IMG/VR virus record: IMGVR_UViG_3300009702_000014
Location: 62,445 to 126,444 of that record
Strand: one strand, 5' to 3'
DNA: 64,000 bases
From: a virus
Taxonomy: Duplodnaviria > Heunggongvirae > Uroviricota > Caudoviricetes
The translations under genes and the position numbers were made by a program. Position 1 is the stretch's first letter; each line of letters starts with the position of its first letter. A model generated the notes under the pieces. The model was not told the DNA's origin and made no database searches. It saw only the letters and a list, made by a program, of their open reading frames with translations. Below are positions 7,799 to 17,836 of the stretch, one piece after another.

Positions 7799-8011
7799 TC
7801 AAGCCCATGCCAAGTAGATATAAATATCGTCGGAGTATACACGAACCTTTCCTTCTGGAGTTTCGTATTCCTTCGGCCCGGTTTCTTTGTTACGATGATA
7901 CTTCATGATATAAGCAATCGCTTCCTCATGGCCGAGAGCATTTAACACATCAGCTTTAACTGATTTCATCTTAGTTAGTGGATTGTAGGGGTGATGATTT
8001 AGTTTAACCAT
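7799..8011 (-). CDS. hypothetical protein
   Basis: 70-aa ORF. Confidence 0.35.
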   Translation of the reverse strand: MVKLNHHPYNPLTKMKSVKADVLNALGHEEAIAYIMKYHRNKETGPKEYETPEGKVRVYSDDIYIYLAWA

Positions 8012-8020
8012 AGTTTGATT

Positions 8021-8422
8021 CTACTCTTTCGCTGTATTAGAAAGGTGAGTGAGCCCCAGCTTGAGGTTAGAATAGATTATTTCCTCACCCCAGCGTTGGA
8101 ATAGGTTGCCTAGAAACACCGGCAACAGCGGCTCAACAGAGGAGGCAGTCGCAACATCTTCTTCTTCCCACCGGTTAATATCAAAATAGTCGTCACCAGG
8201 ATGGTCTTGACCATATATAAGACGGAAGATATCAGTTTCGACTTGCCCACTGTACTGCGTAGCGGTACCTCCCTTAATTATGTAGTTATCACCTAGTAGT
8301 AGAAGGTTCTGCTTTTCGTCATAAAACCAATCCATCGGGATAACCGGCTTAATCCTCTCAAGAACCTCTTGCACACTACGCAATTCATGTTGGGTAATCT
8401 GTCTCATGACTTTCTCCTCCAT
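8021..8422 (-). CDS. hypothetical protein
   Basis: 133-aa ORF preceded by motif and RBS GAGGAGAAAG. Confidence 0.45.
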   Translation of the reverse strand: MEEKVMRQITQHELRSVQEVLERIKPVIPMDWFYDEKQNLLLLGDNYIIKGGTATQYSGQVETDIFRLIYGQDHPGDDYFDINRWEEEDVATASSVEPLLPVFLGNLFQRWGEEIIYSNLKLGLTHLSNTAKE

Positions 8423-8441
8423 AGAGTCTATGTTAGACAGC

Positions 8442-8456
8442 TATGAGAAGTATTAG
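8442..8456 (-). promoter_or_regulatory. copy of recurrent motif (minus strand CTAATACTTCTCATA), immediately downstream of an intrinsic terminator and 20 nt upstream of gene 8021..8422
   Basis: plus strand reads TATGAGAAGTATTAG. Confidence 0.55.
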
Positions 8457-8480
8457 AAAAGGGGGCTTTTGCAAGCCCCC
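8455..8480 (-). terminator. rho-independent terminator downstream of rIIB-like gene
   Basis: minus strand GGGGGCTTGCAAAAGCCCCC (8-bp stem) followed by TTTTCT. Confidence 0.6.
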
Positions 8481-8485
8481 ATCCT

Positions 8486-9607
8486 TTAGAGATATTCCCC
8501 ACGCAACCGGTTAACGTGGTAACGATAGACATTCTGAGCATTGTGGTTGAAGTCAAGGAATTCAGCTACATTAGCATCAAAGCCTAGTCTTTCTGAAAGA
8601 GTCAGATAATTCGGCCCCATGCGCCCCTTGAAGGTGTAGTTTACGGCTTCACTCTCCAGAGCAGAGACAGCGTTCTCCAATTCTTCTAGAAATTCCTCTT
8701 CGCTGGTAAACACGTGAGATTCCAGGCCGGGGTAATTTTCTTCCCAATCCCCCTCGTCGTCATAATACTCATTGCCCCACTCTTCCTCACCGTCGTCCAG
8801 CCAGAAATCCTCAGGGGCTTCCTCCCCATCATCGGTATAGTATGTACCGGTGAGGTCGTTTTCGATTTCCCGAAGAACCTGATAGCGTGTCACACGAATC
8901 TTCTGGTAGGTGTGATCATGAGGGACGGAAACAACATCACGAGGATTAACCTTAATGAGCAAAATCCTCTTCGCAAAGCTGCGAGCGTAGTCATAGGTAC
9001 CAACGTGCAAACCAACAGCGCAACCAAGTTCCGGGTTTTCCACAACTACATCGCGGCCAAGCTCAACAATTGCCCCATCGGGGTTAGGAAGGTTGGCATA
9101 ATCAAACACTTCGCCATTGACGACACCAGGACCGGCATGGACCGAAGTACGGTCACGGCTAACGCCCTTGTGAGCCAGGAAATGCCCATCTTCGGTAATA
9201 GCGAAGGTATACCGTTCCAGGAACTCATAAAGCTGTTCCCGGCTATGCTTGCTAGGATTCTGCATGAGGTTTTCCAGGAAGTTTACGAGCGGTGTAAAGT
9301 TACGATTAGTCCTCCAAGCCTCCAACAGAACTTCGGTCACGCGACCAAAAAGCGGTTCAGCATCGAAATACACTCGGTCTCCACCGACGCTCACACGCTC
9401 ACTGATACGTTCAAGGCGCTTGGTGATGGCGGTACCAACATCGAACAGTGCAGGAAGTGCAGCAAAGTCCTTGGTGCGGCAGGCCGTCAAAATACGGTTG
9501 AAAGAAGGATGGTCCTCGCCAGCGGCATAGGGCTTACCGTCGATAAAGACGGTAATCTGAGTTCCTTCTTCCTCAGACTGAGTGATATTAAACGATACCT
9601 GATTCAT
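8486..9607 (-). CDS. rIIB: rIIB-like protein (by position after rIIA; sequence not independently recognised)
   Basis: 373-aa ORF whose start overlaps the rIIA stop (ATGA); acidic C-terminus. Confidence 0.4.
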   Translation of the reverse strand: MNQVSFNITQSEEEGTQITVFIDGKPYAAGEDHPSFNRILTACRTKDFAALPALFDVGTAITKRLERISERVSVGGDRVYFDAEPLFGRVTEVLLEAWRTNRNFTPLVNFLENLMQNPSKHSREQLYEFLERYTFAITEDGHFLAHKGVSRDRTSVHAGPGVVNGEVFDYANLPNPDGAIVELGRDVVVENPELGCAVGLHVGTYDYARSFAKRILLIKVNPRDVVSVPHDHTYQKIRVTRYQVLREIENDLTGTYYTDDGEEAPEDFWLDDGEEEWGNEYYDDEGDWEENYPGLESHVFTSEEEFLEELENAVSALESEAVNYTFKGRMGPNYLTLSERLGFDANVAEFLDFNHNAQNVYRYHVNRLRGEYL

Positions 9608-11613
9608 ACATTCCTTCCTTCCTTTTCGGAGATAGCATTAGCATAGTCGATGTACGCCTGAGAATTGTGAGAGTTCCCAAAGAGCAGAGGGTAGTCCTTG
9701 CTCAGCTTATCAGCAATATCGGTTAGCTCCTTTTGTAGCCGTTTAATTTCCGAATAGTAGAGTTTCGTAGAAATTCCATGACTTTCGCAGATAAGAAGAA
9801 GAATTCCCCACTGATACCCTCCGACGGCCGGAATAGGTCCCGTGCTAGCACTTTCAATCAGCTTTCCAAATTCCCGCAAAGCATCGTCCTTGATATGGGG
9901 AACAGCCTCAATCGGGAGATTAAAGTGAATACCATAGGGAACTCCCGCAAGACGACGCTTCTGGTCCTCTGTAAGCTTACCAAACTCCTGTGTATACTTG
10001 CTGGCCAGAAAATCCTGGAGCCTTTGTGCCTTAGGAAAAGCCTTACAAAATCCGTCAGCTTGCTTAGGCGTCACACCATAAAAGGAAACGTTAGGGAAAA
10101 GTTTCGTCAGAGTAGGCATACTCGAATGATATTCCATGCGGCCAGCGTAGACAATGGTTTCCGTGTCCTGTGGCTTTTCCTTCGTGAAAATAGCCTTCCC
10201 ATATTGGCTCAAAGCCGGAGAGAGCTTAGGCCACGGGCGCACAGACGGCTTGCGAGTCGTAGTTGTCGCCACCTTGATAGGCTTCAAATCATCCACATCA
10301 GTAATCAACGTTAGAAATTCACGGATTGCTGGTTCGAAATACTCCTTAATGTCACCTTCGATATAGTAGACATCCTTCTTATCGTGTGTGTGCATCCAGT
10401 CCTTGAGCTTATTACGATAAGTCTGAGTCAATTCAGACTTTTCACCAGAGAGCACAATTGCATTGCGAAGGCTGTGCATCGGGATTATTTCCAGGCGACT
10501 ACGGTAAAGTAGTCGGTCGTTTGCATCCAGGTAATACTGACTGAACTTCTTCTTCGACGGACCGCCATTAATAAGCGGGACACCCTTATAAGTCGGTGTT
10601 AAATCAAGCCGGAAAGCCCGAATAAGGATATTATAGTCGTGCTTATTGTAAAGCTCAGTGGCTTCGATGTAGTTTTTGGCTGTTACCAAATCCTTTGTTA
10701 TTTGAGAAGCAAGCAGACGAGTTACTTCATCTAACTTATTCTGAATAAAAGACCGAGTACGCTTAGTGTAATGCAATTCCTCACGGCTGGGGGTAAAATC
10801 CACGTCACCCATTTCAGCATAAAGAGCCAGAGTAGGACGAGATAGATAATGGCGGTCCAGTTGAGAAAATTCCGAAGCCTTGATAGGATAAGCCACATTC
10901 CCCATAACAACATAATCCTCGGGGCGGCCTCCGTTGCCTTCCAAAAACTTAATCGTGGGAGTCAAACCCATAAGGACATCTATAGTTGGGTTAAAGTCAG
11001 CATCATTGATAAACACAGGCTTCGGTTCAACGAAACGGAAGAACTTCTCAGCCTTGCGACGAAATTCGTGAATATTCTTCACGGGAACGGTGATTTCTAC
11101 ACCATTCGGCTCCTCAGTTTCGGCCTGATAAAGCTCTGTCATGCGAGGAACACCAAATTCGTCCTTGTGGACGGAGAAGGCGCACTTGACACCATCCTTG
11201 ATAGCAACCAGAGAAAACTGGTTGGTCAGAGTAAGAGCAGACTTACAACCAAGACCAAGCTGTCCCGTAAAGTCGTTGCTCTCACGCTTAGTTGAAGCAC
11301 CATAATTTCCGTAGATTTCGAATACTTCTTCTTCGCTGAGGCCAACACCTTCGTCCTTCACAACAAAGCTGTCGCTAAAGATGGAAGGTAGCGTGACAGT
11401 AATAGGCACATCGCCCTTACCAGCAGCCACATGCGAATCCAAAGCATTCGTAGTGTACTCCCGAATAACAGCCATCGCAGGGTCACTGTAAAGGTCGGTC
11501 AGGATGCCCATGATGTGTGCGACGCTGTTAGGGTCGATACCCATTTGCTTCGTGCGAACGACACCCGAAGTTTCAGTAACTACCGTTTGTTCCTTGTTTA
11601 CAATCATGCTCAA
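9604..11613 (-). CDS. rIIA: rIIA-like protein with GHKL ATPase domain
   Basis: N-box IREYTTNALDS, G1 KDEGVGL, G2 ESNDFTGQLGLGCKSA and PSREELHYTKRTR, closely paralleling T4 rIIA ESNDFIGGFGLGSKS and PSREALSLDDRTR as recalled. Confidence 0.75.
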   Translation of the reverse strand: MSMIVNKEQTVVTETSGVVRTKQMGIDPNSVAHIMGILTDLYSDPAMAVIREYTTNALDSHVAAGKGDVPITVTLPSIFSDSFVVKDEGVGLSEEEVFEIYGNYGASTKRESNDFTGQLGLGCKSALTLTNQFSLVAIKDGVKCAFSVHKDEFGVPRMTELYQAETEEPNGVEITVPVKNIHEFRRKAEKFFRFVEPKPVFINDADFNPTIDVLMGLTPTIKFLEGNGGRPEDYVVMGNVAYPIKASEFSQLDRHYLSRPTLALYAEMGDVDFTPSREELHYTKRTRSFIQNKLDEVTRLLASQITKDLVTAKNYIEATELYNKHDYNILIRAFRLDLTPTYKGVPLINGGPSKKKFSQYYLDANDRLLYRSRLEIIPMHSLRNAIVLSGEKSELTQTYRNKLKDWMHTHDKKDVYYIEGDIKEYFEPAIREFLTLITDVDDLKPIKVATTTTRKPSVRPWPKLSPALSQYGKAIFTKEKPQDTETIVYAGRMEYHSSMPTLTKLFPNVSFYGVTPKQADGFCKAFPKAQRLQDFLASKYTQEFGKLTEDQKRRLAGVPYGIHFNLPIEAVPHIKDDALREFGKLIESASTGPIPAVGGYQWGILLLICESHGISTKLYYSEIKRLQKELTDIADKLSKDYPLLFGNSHNSQAYIDYANAISEKEGRNV

Positions 11614-11671
11614 AACTCCTTAACGCTCAGATGCTCCTATCATAGCGTACATCCCGTGAGAATGATGAGAC

Positions 11672-11908
11672 TCAGCCCCTCGACGAAAGTATAACTGGTA
11701 TCTCGTATCTTTCTAAAGTTACATTATAGTACACGACAGTCGTATGATACTTTTTACCTTCGATAAACAGATGGGGAGTGTGCCCTCGGCTAATATTAAC
11801 AGCAACAAATTCAGGAATTTCCTGAAAAAGGTTCAAGCTTCCATCAGGTGTGTAGAAATGGCATTTAGTCTTCATTGATAGCCTCCATCCACGGGAATTC
11901 GAAATCAT
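11672..11908 (-). CDS. hypothetical protein
   Basis: 78-aa ORF. Confidence 0.35.
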   Translation of the reverse strand: MISNSRGWRLSMKTKCHFYTPDGSLNLFQEIPEFVAVNISRGHTPHLFIEGKKYHTTVVYYNVTLERYEIPVILSSRG

Positions 11909-12269
11909 AAGTGACAGCTAGTGCCCGTTCTAAAACAGGCATATAGTAATCATCCCAATTCTGTTCAGGCAATAAGTCGTCTGTTAGCCCTTGTTGGCGC
12001 AGATAATTACGAATACTCATACCGGTTGACATATGAAAAGAATAAAACTCCACGTCTCGTCCAAGCTCATAACTCCATTGGTCGGGCCGAGCAGCAATTG
12101 CTTTTTCTATCAAGCCGAAATCTGGAGACTCATTCCATTCCTTCACAATAGGAAGAAGAGCAAGAACAGCCTGTGTCCTGACTTTCTCATTCATAGCGTT
12201 ATAAGCTGCGGCTTTGAATTCTCGCCACCATTCATCCTTATCTAGATAACTCTCATTTTCTGTATTCAT
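11865..12269 (-). CDS. hypothetical protein
   Basis: 134-aa ORF; motif 24 nt upstream. Confidence 0.45.
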   Translation of the reverse strand: MNTENESYLDKDEWWREFKAAAYNAMNEKVRTQAVLALLPIVKEWNESPDFGLIEKAIAARPDQWSYELGRDVEFYSFHMSTGMSIRNYLRQQGLTDDLLPEQNWDDYYMPVLERALAVTYDFEFPWMEAINED

Positions 12270-12292
12270 AATACAATTCTACCCCTGTCCCA

Positions 12293-12307
12293 TATGAGAA
12301 ATGTTAG
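12293..12307 (-). promoter_or_regulatory. copy of recurrent motif (minus strand CTAACATTTCTCATA)
   Basis: plus strand reads TATGAGAAATGTTAG. Confidence 0.45.
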
Positions 12308-12722
12308 AGCCCTTAGAACGCCGGGAAACTCTAACATTTCGTTTCATATATAAAAATTTGGAGGCGTCGGCATCGAAGCCGAGTCCAGAATAATGTCCAA
12401 ATAGCCTTCTACGTGTGTAGCACCTTACTCAAGTGCGGAGTCTTACGGGGTTTTGTCTGTTATACATTTGCAGTTATTGTGCGCTAACTGCGGGCGGGGG
12501 CTGCTTTACGCAGCGAGTGGCATACCGTAGCTACCATAGGTAGCAGGGATATAACCGTAATCATTAACGTTGTTAGTTAATTATTTGGGCTTGTTAAGGG
12601 GCCAGCCCACCCCTACACGCGGGTTATTCTTCTTTTGCCCTGTCGAAACCTTGTCGCCCCCATAATTCCTCGGGGTATCCAGGCTCATTGCTTCTTAATA
12701 ATACCACATAATCTACAAGGCG

Positions 12723-13226
12723 TCAAGATAACAAGCTATGTATCGTACCTCTGTTGTTGAAAAAATCTCGGAATGGAGGGAACATTTCTTCGGCATCCAA
12801 CTTCATAAATGCCTCTTCCGTCAGCCATTCCCAGCCCGCTGATTTTTCAGGCTCTATAGTTTGTGGCTCCGAATCTGCATCAGCTTCCACAAAATAGTAA
12901 AATCCAACCCAATGTTGCTTATCTTCATGGACGGGGTATTCATAAACGTACACAAGAGTAAAATCAGACTCGGGAAAATCTAGGCCCGTTTCTTCCAACA
13001 ATTCTCTCTTGGCCGCACTTTGTGTAGTTTCTCCAAACTCCATTGCGCCGCCGGGAAGTTCCCATAAGCCCTTTCCCCCGTAGTCTCCTTTATATAAGCG
13101 CCTGCCTAGCAAAAGCGCATAATCCTCTGCAACTCCCTTAGCTACAATAATGGATACAGATATTCGTGGAAATTCAGGCATTAGGGGGTTTTCCCATCCC
13201 GGATTCAATAGCATCCGACTGACCAA
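12723..13226 (-). CDS. NUDIX hydrolase
   Basis: Nudix box GGAMEFGETTQSAAKRELLEETG. Confidence 0.8.
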   Translation of the reverse strand: MVSRMLLNPGWENPLMPEFPRISVSIIVAKGVAEDYALLLGRRLYKGDYGGKGLWELPGGAMEFGETTQSAAKRELLEETGLDFPESDFTLVYVYEYPVHEDKQHWVGFYYFVEADADSEPQTIEPEKSAGWEWLTEEAFMKLDAEEMFPPFRDFFNNRGTIHSLLS

Positions 13227-13410
13227 AATATTCTAAAACTTCGGCTATAGATGTTCCTTGCTGGAAAATATTAGCTTCTATACCCCCATATGGAGTCGTG
13301 TAAATCACAATATTCTCCTCGCGTTCAACGACAGGAATAATATAAAGGGTGAAGTCCCAATCCGCATTGTAAAGACGGGTGCAGCCCATCGGTACACCAT
13401 ATGTATTCAT
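13174..13410 (-). CDS. hypothetical protein
   Basis: 78-aa ORF overlapping the Nudix gene start. Confidence 0.3.
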   Translation of the reverse strand: MNTYGVPMGCTRLYNADWDFTLYIIPVVEREENIVIYTTPYGGIEANIFQQGTSIAEVLEYFGQSDAIESGMGKPPNA

Positions 13411-13412
13411 AA

Positions 13413-15386
13413 TCAGTCTCCTAACTGACGACGGTATTTATGTACTAATTGCCTACCAATAACAGCTTGTTTCGGAGTGAGAAACAGAGCGTTTGCCAAA
13501 GAATGTCCAATATGCGTATCGACACCGTTGAACCCGATTCCATTCTGATAGGTTGCGTGGTCATTGTCCATCGAAGCCAATAACCGCAGTTTGGCATGGA
13601 TTTCCTGGACTTCTTCCGCTGAAATCTTCTCGGCCTCTTTGACAACCTCCTTTTGCGTCGGATAGTTGGTCCTATCCGGCACAGGAAGCTCAAAGACTTC
13701 TCTATCATATTCTGTATCCAAAGCCTTGTCAATAATTTCCTGCTTTTGGATAAGAGTCTGAGCCATATAGGCATCAAGGCTCCCTTCCAGAACCAAATGC
13801 TGCACCAAGACGGATTCTTGTTGGCCAATGCGGTGACAACGGCTCTCGGCCTGACTCATATTGCCCGGAACCCAGTCCAATTCGGCAAAAACAACATGAG
13901 AAGCGGCAGTTAAAGTAATACCAACCCCAGCAGCCTGGATACTACCAATAAAGACTTTAATGTCGTCATTTCCCTGAAACTGCTCCACCGCTTTCTGGCG
14001 GTCCTCCATTTTGGTATCCCCTACAAGTACGACAGCCTTGCTCCCAAGATTCTCTTTGAGAGATTTAACAACATCTTTATGGTGTGCGAAAACAACTACT
14101 TTTTCTTCTATATTGTTCAAGTGCTCAAGGACATAAGGAACTTTTGCCATTGCAACTTCATAACGCAGCTTAGCCATTTCTCTAAAAAAAGCACTTACAC
14201 CCTCTTTGAGTTGATTAACGGCAATCTTATAATCCTCAGGCTCCTCACTAGCTTTGGACAACTCGACAGCAGCTTTTAAGTTAGCAATAACTTTTTCTTT
14301 ACTATTCCATACTTCTTTTTCAGCGTTTATAAGTTTACTGTCGGCGGGTGTAGTAGGAACCTCTATAATCTGACGACGCTTATTAGGCAATTCCTTCAAA
14401 ACATCCTTCTTAAGCCTGCGAATCATTATGGTACTACGCAAACGGTCTTGTAATTCCTCTAAATTACTTGCTCCCGTTACATCCCACCCATACTTGTTTC
14501 TGGTGGCACCACAATACCTTATGGCATAAGGCCAAAACTTCGGCCACTCTACCGGGTCAAGAGAATTTATAATAGGAAATAACTCAACAGGTCTATTTAC
14601 AATGGGAGTCCCGGTAAGGTAAATACGTTTGGTAGCAGTAATAGGTTGAATATCAAAAATCCATTCACGCGCCTTTCTATCATAATGAGACTTGCCAAAT
14701 ATAAATTGTGTGCGTTGAGATTTTTGATTTTTTAGATAATGAACTTCGTCAATAATAAGTAAATCCCATTTAGTATCAGTAAGAATCTTATGATGCTTTT
14801 TTACTATGTCATAATTAATGATAACAATGTCAGCATTCTCAGGATAATCAGAGCGGTCTACGACACCAACCGATAAATCCCGTGTCAGCCATGCGTTAAG
14901 TTCCTTACGCCAATTGAGGCGCAAAGAGGCGGGGCAAATAATGAGAACACGCTTAATCTCTTCCTCACCGTTAATGGTGCCGATAGACTGAATAGTTTTT
15001 CCCAGTCCCATTTCGTCACCAATAAGAACGGCATCCTTGCTCATTGCAAAAGCAATCCCGGCCCGTTGGTAGGGCAGATACTCTAGCCCCTCCGGGCTAG
15101 GCACTTCAACCTCGGCATCCGTAGCTTTAGACAATTTACGGCTGGCTTCTCGCTCTTCAAGAACTTCCTTAGGCAAGTCATTCCAATGAAGCAATTCCCA
15201 GGTGTCTCCATCCTTCGACAGAGAATACCCGTTGGCCTTCAATTCAGACTTATGGGCACGCCAAAGCTGCCAGAATTCCTCAGTCGGAGAAGTTTTGCTC
15301 AGAATCTTCTCTCCGTACCGAGTATTCACGTGCTTAGGTTTACTCCAATCCAAAGTATTAAGGAGGGTGCGTTCTTCATCAGTCAT
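13413..15386 (-). CDS. SNF2-family helicase/ATPase
   Basis: motif I DEMGLGKTIQSI, motif II IIDEVHYLKN, motif VI SQAESRCHRIGQ. Confidence 0.85.
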   Translation of the reverse strand: MTDEERTLLNTLDWSKPKHVNTRYGEKILSKTSPTEEFWQLWRAHKSELKANGYSLSKDGDTWELLHWNDLPKEVLEEREASRKLSKATDAEVEVPSPEGLEYLPYQRAGIAFAMSKDAVLIGDEMGLGKTIQSIGTINGEEEIKRVLIICPASLRLNWRKELNAWLTRDLSVGVVDRSDYPENADIVIINYDIVKKHHKILTDTKWDLLIIDEVHYLKNQKSQRTQFIFGKSHYDRKAREWIFDIQPITATKRIYLTGTPIVNRPVELFPIINSLDPVEWPKFWPYAIRYCGATRNKYGWDVTGASNLEELQDRLRSTIMIRRLKKDVLKELPNKRRQIIEVPTTPADSKLINAEKEVWNSKEKVIANLKAAVELSKASEEPEDYKIAVNQLKEGVSAFFREMAKLRYEVAMAKVPYVLEHLNNIEEKVVVFAHHKDVVKSLKENLGSKAVVLVGDTKMEDRQKAVEQFQGNDDIKVFIGSIQAAGVGITLTAASHVVFAELDWVPGNMSQAESRCHRIGQQESVLVQHLVLEGSLDAYMAQTLIQKQEIIDKALDTEYDREVFELPVPDRTNYPTQKEVVKEAEKISAEEVQEIHAKLRLLASMDNDHATYQNGIGFNGVDTHIGHSLANALFLTPKQAVIGRQLVHKYRRQLGD

Positions 15387-15479
15387 ACTTGTATCCTAGC
15401 ATAGTGTTTATGAGGATTGTGAAACTTCGTTCCTCACAGCCTTTTTGCCGAATCAGTGTTCCTTGCCCATACCTTAGAA

Positions 15480-15749
15480 CTATGAGACTTTTTCTAGATT
15501 AACCATGTTAAATTGCTCAAAAAACCCTTCTAGAAATACAGTTGTGCGGGAAGGATATACATAAACTCCACGAACTGTATACTTTTTATCTTTCTCAAGA
15601 GTCTTTTTGGCTATTTCCTTATCCTGATTATCCCCGGCCTCGAAAAAAGGAACTACAATATCCCCCGGCTGTAGGGGGTAGGTAGAATCGTCAAAATTTA
15701 CACTGCCGTCTGGTTGTGGATTAGGTGTTGTGAAGTTTTGTGTAAACAT
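15480..15749 (-). CDS. hypothetical protein, paralogue of the next ORF
   Basis: shares PG..VV ... Y.VRGVYVYP..T.V.LEG pattern with 15749..16048. Confidence 0.4.
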   Translation of the reverse strand: MFTQNFTTPNPQPDGSVNFDDSTYPLQPGDIVVPFFEAGDNQDKEIAKKTLEKDKKYTVRGVYVYPSRTTVFLEGFFEQFNMVNLEKVS

Positions 15750-16048
15750 CAGGGAACCCTTTTAAGACATACGGAGTTAAAAGGCACTGAGTAACCAACA
15801 AGGTACACATCAGTATGCCAACCATAAACCTCAACCCGACGAGTGGTGTAAACATCTGTCAAATTGAGGGTTTCCTTAATCTTCTTTTTGTCCAAAGCTG
15901 TACCTCCTCTGATTTCCCCATTAACGAGGTCAACAACTACTTGATTCCCCGGCTGCAACTCCCAATCAGGCAAGTCGCCGCCGGGGTACTGAAAGAAATT
16001 TTGAGCGTACTCCTCAACGCGATTTACTTCTTTACGGAAATCGTACAT
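15749..16048 (-). CDS. hypothetical protein, paralogue of the previous ORF
   Basis: tandem arrangement; similar motif order (PGNQVVVD ... YTTRRVEVYGWHTDVYLVGY). Confidence 0.4.
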   Translation of the reverse strand: MYDFRKEVNRVEEYAQNFFQYPGGDLPDWELQPGNQVVVDLVNGEIRGGTALDKKKIKETLNLTDVYTTRRVEVYGWHTDVYLVGYSVPFNSVCLKRVP

Positions 16049-16768
16049 TTAGGTCCCCTTCAAAACTAAGACCGGCTTTAAACGTTTTTCGACAATTGCT
16101 ACTTCGGCATCAACCAATGCTCCAATTACTTCATCTACGTCCTTATAGGCTCCGTGAGATTCGTCCAAGGGCACGTTCTGGAAGTTACCCATAACGTTTC
16201 TTGTTTTAAACTCAGCGTTAATAGTGCCCTGGTCGAGCATTTCCTTTGCCTTACCACGGCTCAGCACGCGGCCAGCACCGTGAGACACAGACTCCCCGAG
16301 TTTCGGAGCCATTTTACCAGGACGGAGCACGTAGCTTCCAGTTGCCATGCTACCAGGAACTAGTAACGGAATACCATCGTTATCGTAGGCTGGTGTAGCC
16401 CCCTTACGGCCTACGAATTTTTCGTTGCGCTGCTCAATGAAGTTGTGCGGAATGTGCCCGATAAAATTAAATTGAGCCTCTGGAAGCACTTCCTGGATTG
16501 CCTCTGCGACCGAGTGCTGCACAATATAGTGGTTATGAGTCGTCCATTCAAGCATAGCCTGTTGGAAGGCGAAGTAGAAACGCCCCAAACTACTATCCGC
16601 AGGAACGTAGAGCAACTTATTCTTAGGTGCTGCTCCCCACTTCGTCAATTCCGCTTCAATAGCTTCGTCAAAGAATTTTGCACCCTTTGCTCCAATTCCA
16701 CGGCTACCGAAATGCGACATAACGAAAACATTTCCATCTTCATCTTCCTGTACTTCTACAAAGTGATT
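16049..16768 (-). CDS. rtcB: RtcB RNA ligase, exon 2 (C-terminal part)
   Basis: in-frame extension above the annotated Met reads NHFVEVQEDEDGNVFVMSHFGSRGIG; contains RtcB GSRG, PGSMATGSYV and SHGAGR motifs; upstream stop at 16784. Confidence 0.7.
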   Translation of the reverse strand, partial: NHFVEVQEDEDGNVFVMSHFGSRGIGAKGAKFFDEAIEAELTKWGAAPKNKLLYVPADSSLGRFYFAFQQAMLEWTTHNHYIVQHSVAEAIQEVLPEAQFNFIGHIPHNFIEQRNEKFVGRKGATPAYDNDGIPLLVPGSMATGSYVLRPGKMAPKLGESVSHGAGRVLSRGKAKEMLDQGTINAEFKTRNVMGNFQNVPLDESHGAYKDVDEVIGALVDAEVAIVEKRLKPVLVLKGT

Positions 16769-17836
16769 CAGTGTTGTTACTACTTACGCGAATTGGATAA
16801 AACCTACCGACCAAGGTTTGTTTTCTCCATATCTACATTGTATACTACATTTTGGTGAGATTGATGAGACTAGACTTTTCCAAACCAGAATTTTCATATA
16901 TGCTCGGATTACTACACGCAGACGGACATTATGACAAACAACATACCAATGGCAAAATAACACTTGAAGCCAGTATGAAAGATGTGGATATAGCCCATAA
17001 ATTATCAAAAGTGCTTCCTGGAAAATCTACAATCACGTATAGGAACCGGCATACTAATTACTCAAAAGACTCTCAAACCTTTGTGTGGAGCATATATGAC
17101 AAAGACATTCGTACTCAGTTCCCTATGCCTTCTGGCAAAAAATCCCACCTAATTGCCCCTCCAGATATCCCTTACTCCAAAGTAGACTATTGGAGAGGTA
17201 TCATAGATGGTGATGGTTCTCTTGGATTTACCAGTCAAGGACTTCCTTTTATTAGTTTAGTAACTCAAAGTGAGGCTCTAAAGGAAACCTACATAGATTT
17301 TCTTGAACCAATTCTAGGATATCGCAAGCGGCTATCACGTAATACACGGGATAATGTGTATAATATTGTAATATTCAATGAGGCGGCTCAGTCACTAGCA
17401 AATAAACTTTACTATCTTGACTGTCTTGCTATTGCTAGAAAGTACGAAGTGGCGAATCAGCTTAAACAATGGGAGCGTTCTATCCCGCAGCGGCCCCGCT
17501 CCCTACCGTGGGAGCAATGGGAAGAACAATATTTACAGACACACACCCTTGATGAAGCTATCAAATACTTATCTCATAGAACGAAAAAGGCTATTAAACT
17601 AAAACATTATCGCATAAGCGGGTAGGTCATTTCTGCCTACCTCAACATGTTTCCATGCTGCTCAGACTATCCCTTCATCCCGTAGGATGCGCCTATTATA
17701 GTCGTTGCACGTTCCCTCGCGGGCTTCGCTCAGGGTTGCCGTATAGCACCTAAAGGTCGGTGGCGCTACTTAGGGTTCCCCTGAATTTAAGGCGTTTTTA
17801 TCTTCCCTGTTACCAGGAAAGGGAGGCAGTCAGTTT
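16769..17836 (-). mobile_element. intervening sequence in rtcB (probable group I intron, about 1068 nt) carrying a LAGLIDADG endonuclease ORF in antisense orientation
   Basis: splits the invariant RtcB motif GGG|NHF; exon 1 ends with U (codon GGT), the insert ends with G (..CTG) before AAT CAC TTT; GC-rich structured flanks at 17626-17836. Confidence 0.55.
16852..17625 (+). CDS. LAGLIDADG homing endonuclease (two motifs)
   Basis: YMLGLLHADGH and WRGIIDGDGSLGF; plus strand, i.e. antisense to rtcB. Confidence 0.75.
   Translation: MVRLMRLDFSKPEFSYMLGLLHADGHYDKQHTNGKITLEASMKDVDIAHKLSKVLPGKSTITYRNRHTNYSKDSQTFVWSIYDKDIRTQFPMPSGKKSHLIAPPDIPYSKVDYWRGIIDGDGSLGFTSQGLPFISLVTQSEALKETYIDFLEPILGYRKRLSRNTRDNVYNIVIFNEAAQSLANKLYYLDCLAIARKYEVANQLKQWERSIPQRPRSLPWEQWEEQYLQTHTLDEAIKYLSHRTKKAIKLKHYRISG

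Noticed and set aside
8714-11295. Long plus-strand ORFs (8714..9646, 9778..10314, 10849..11295) antisense to rIIA/rIIB
   Set aside because: They fall entirely within strongly supported minus-strand genes, and have no RBS and no motifs.
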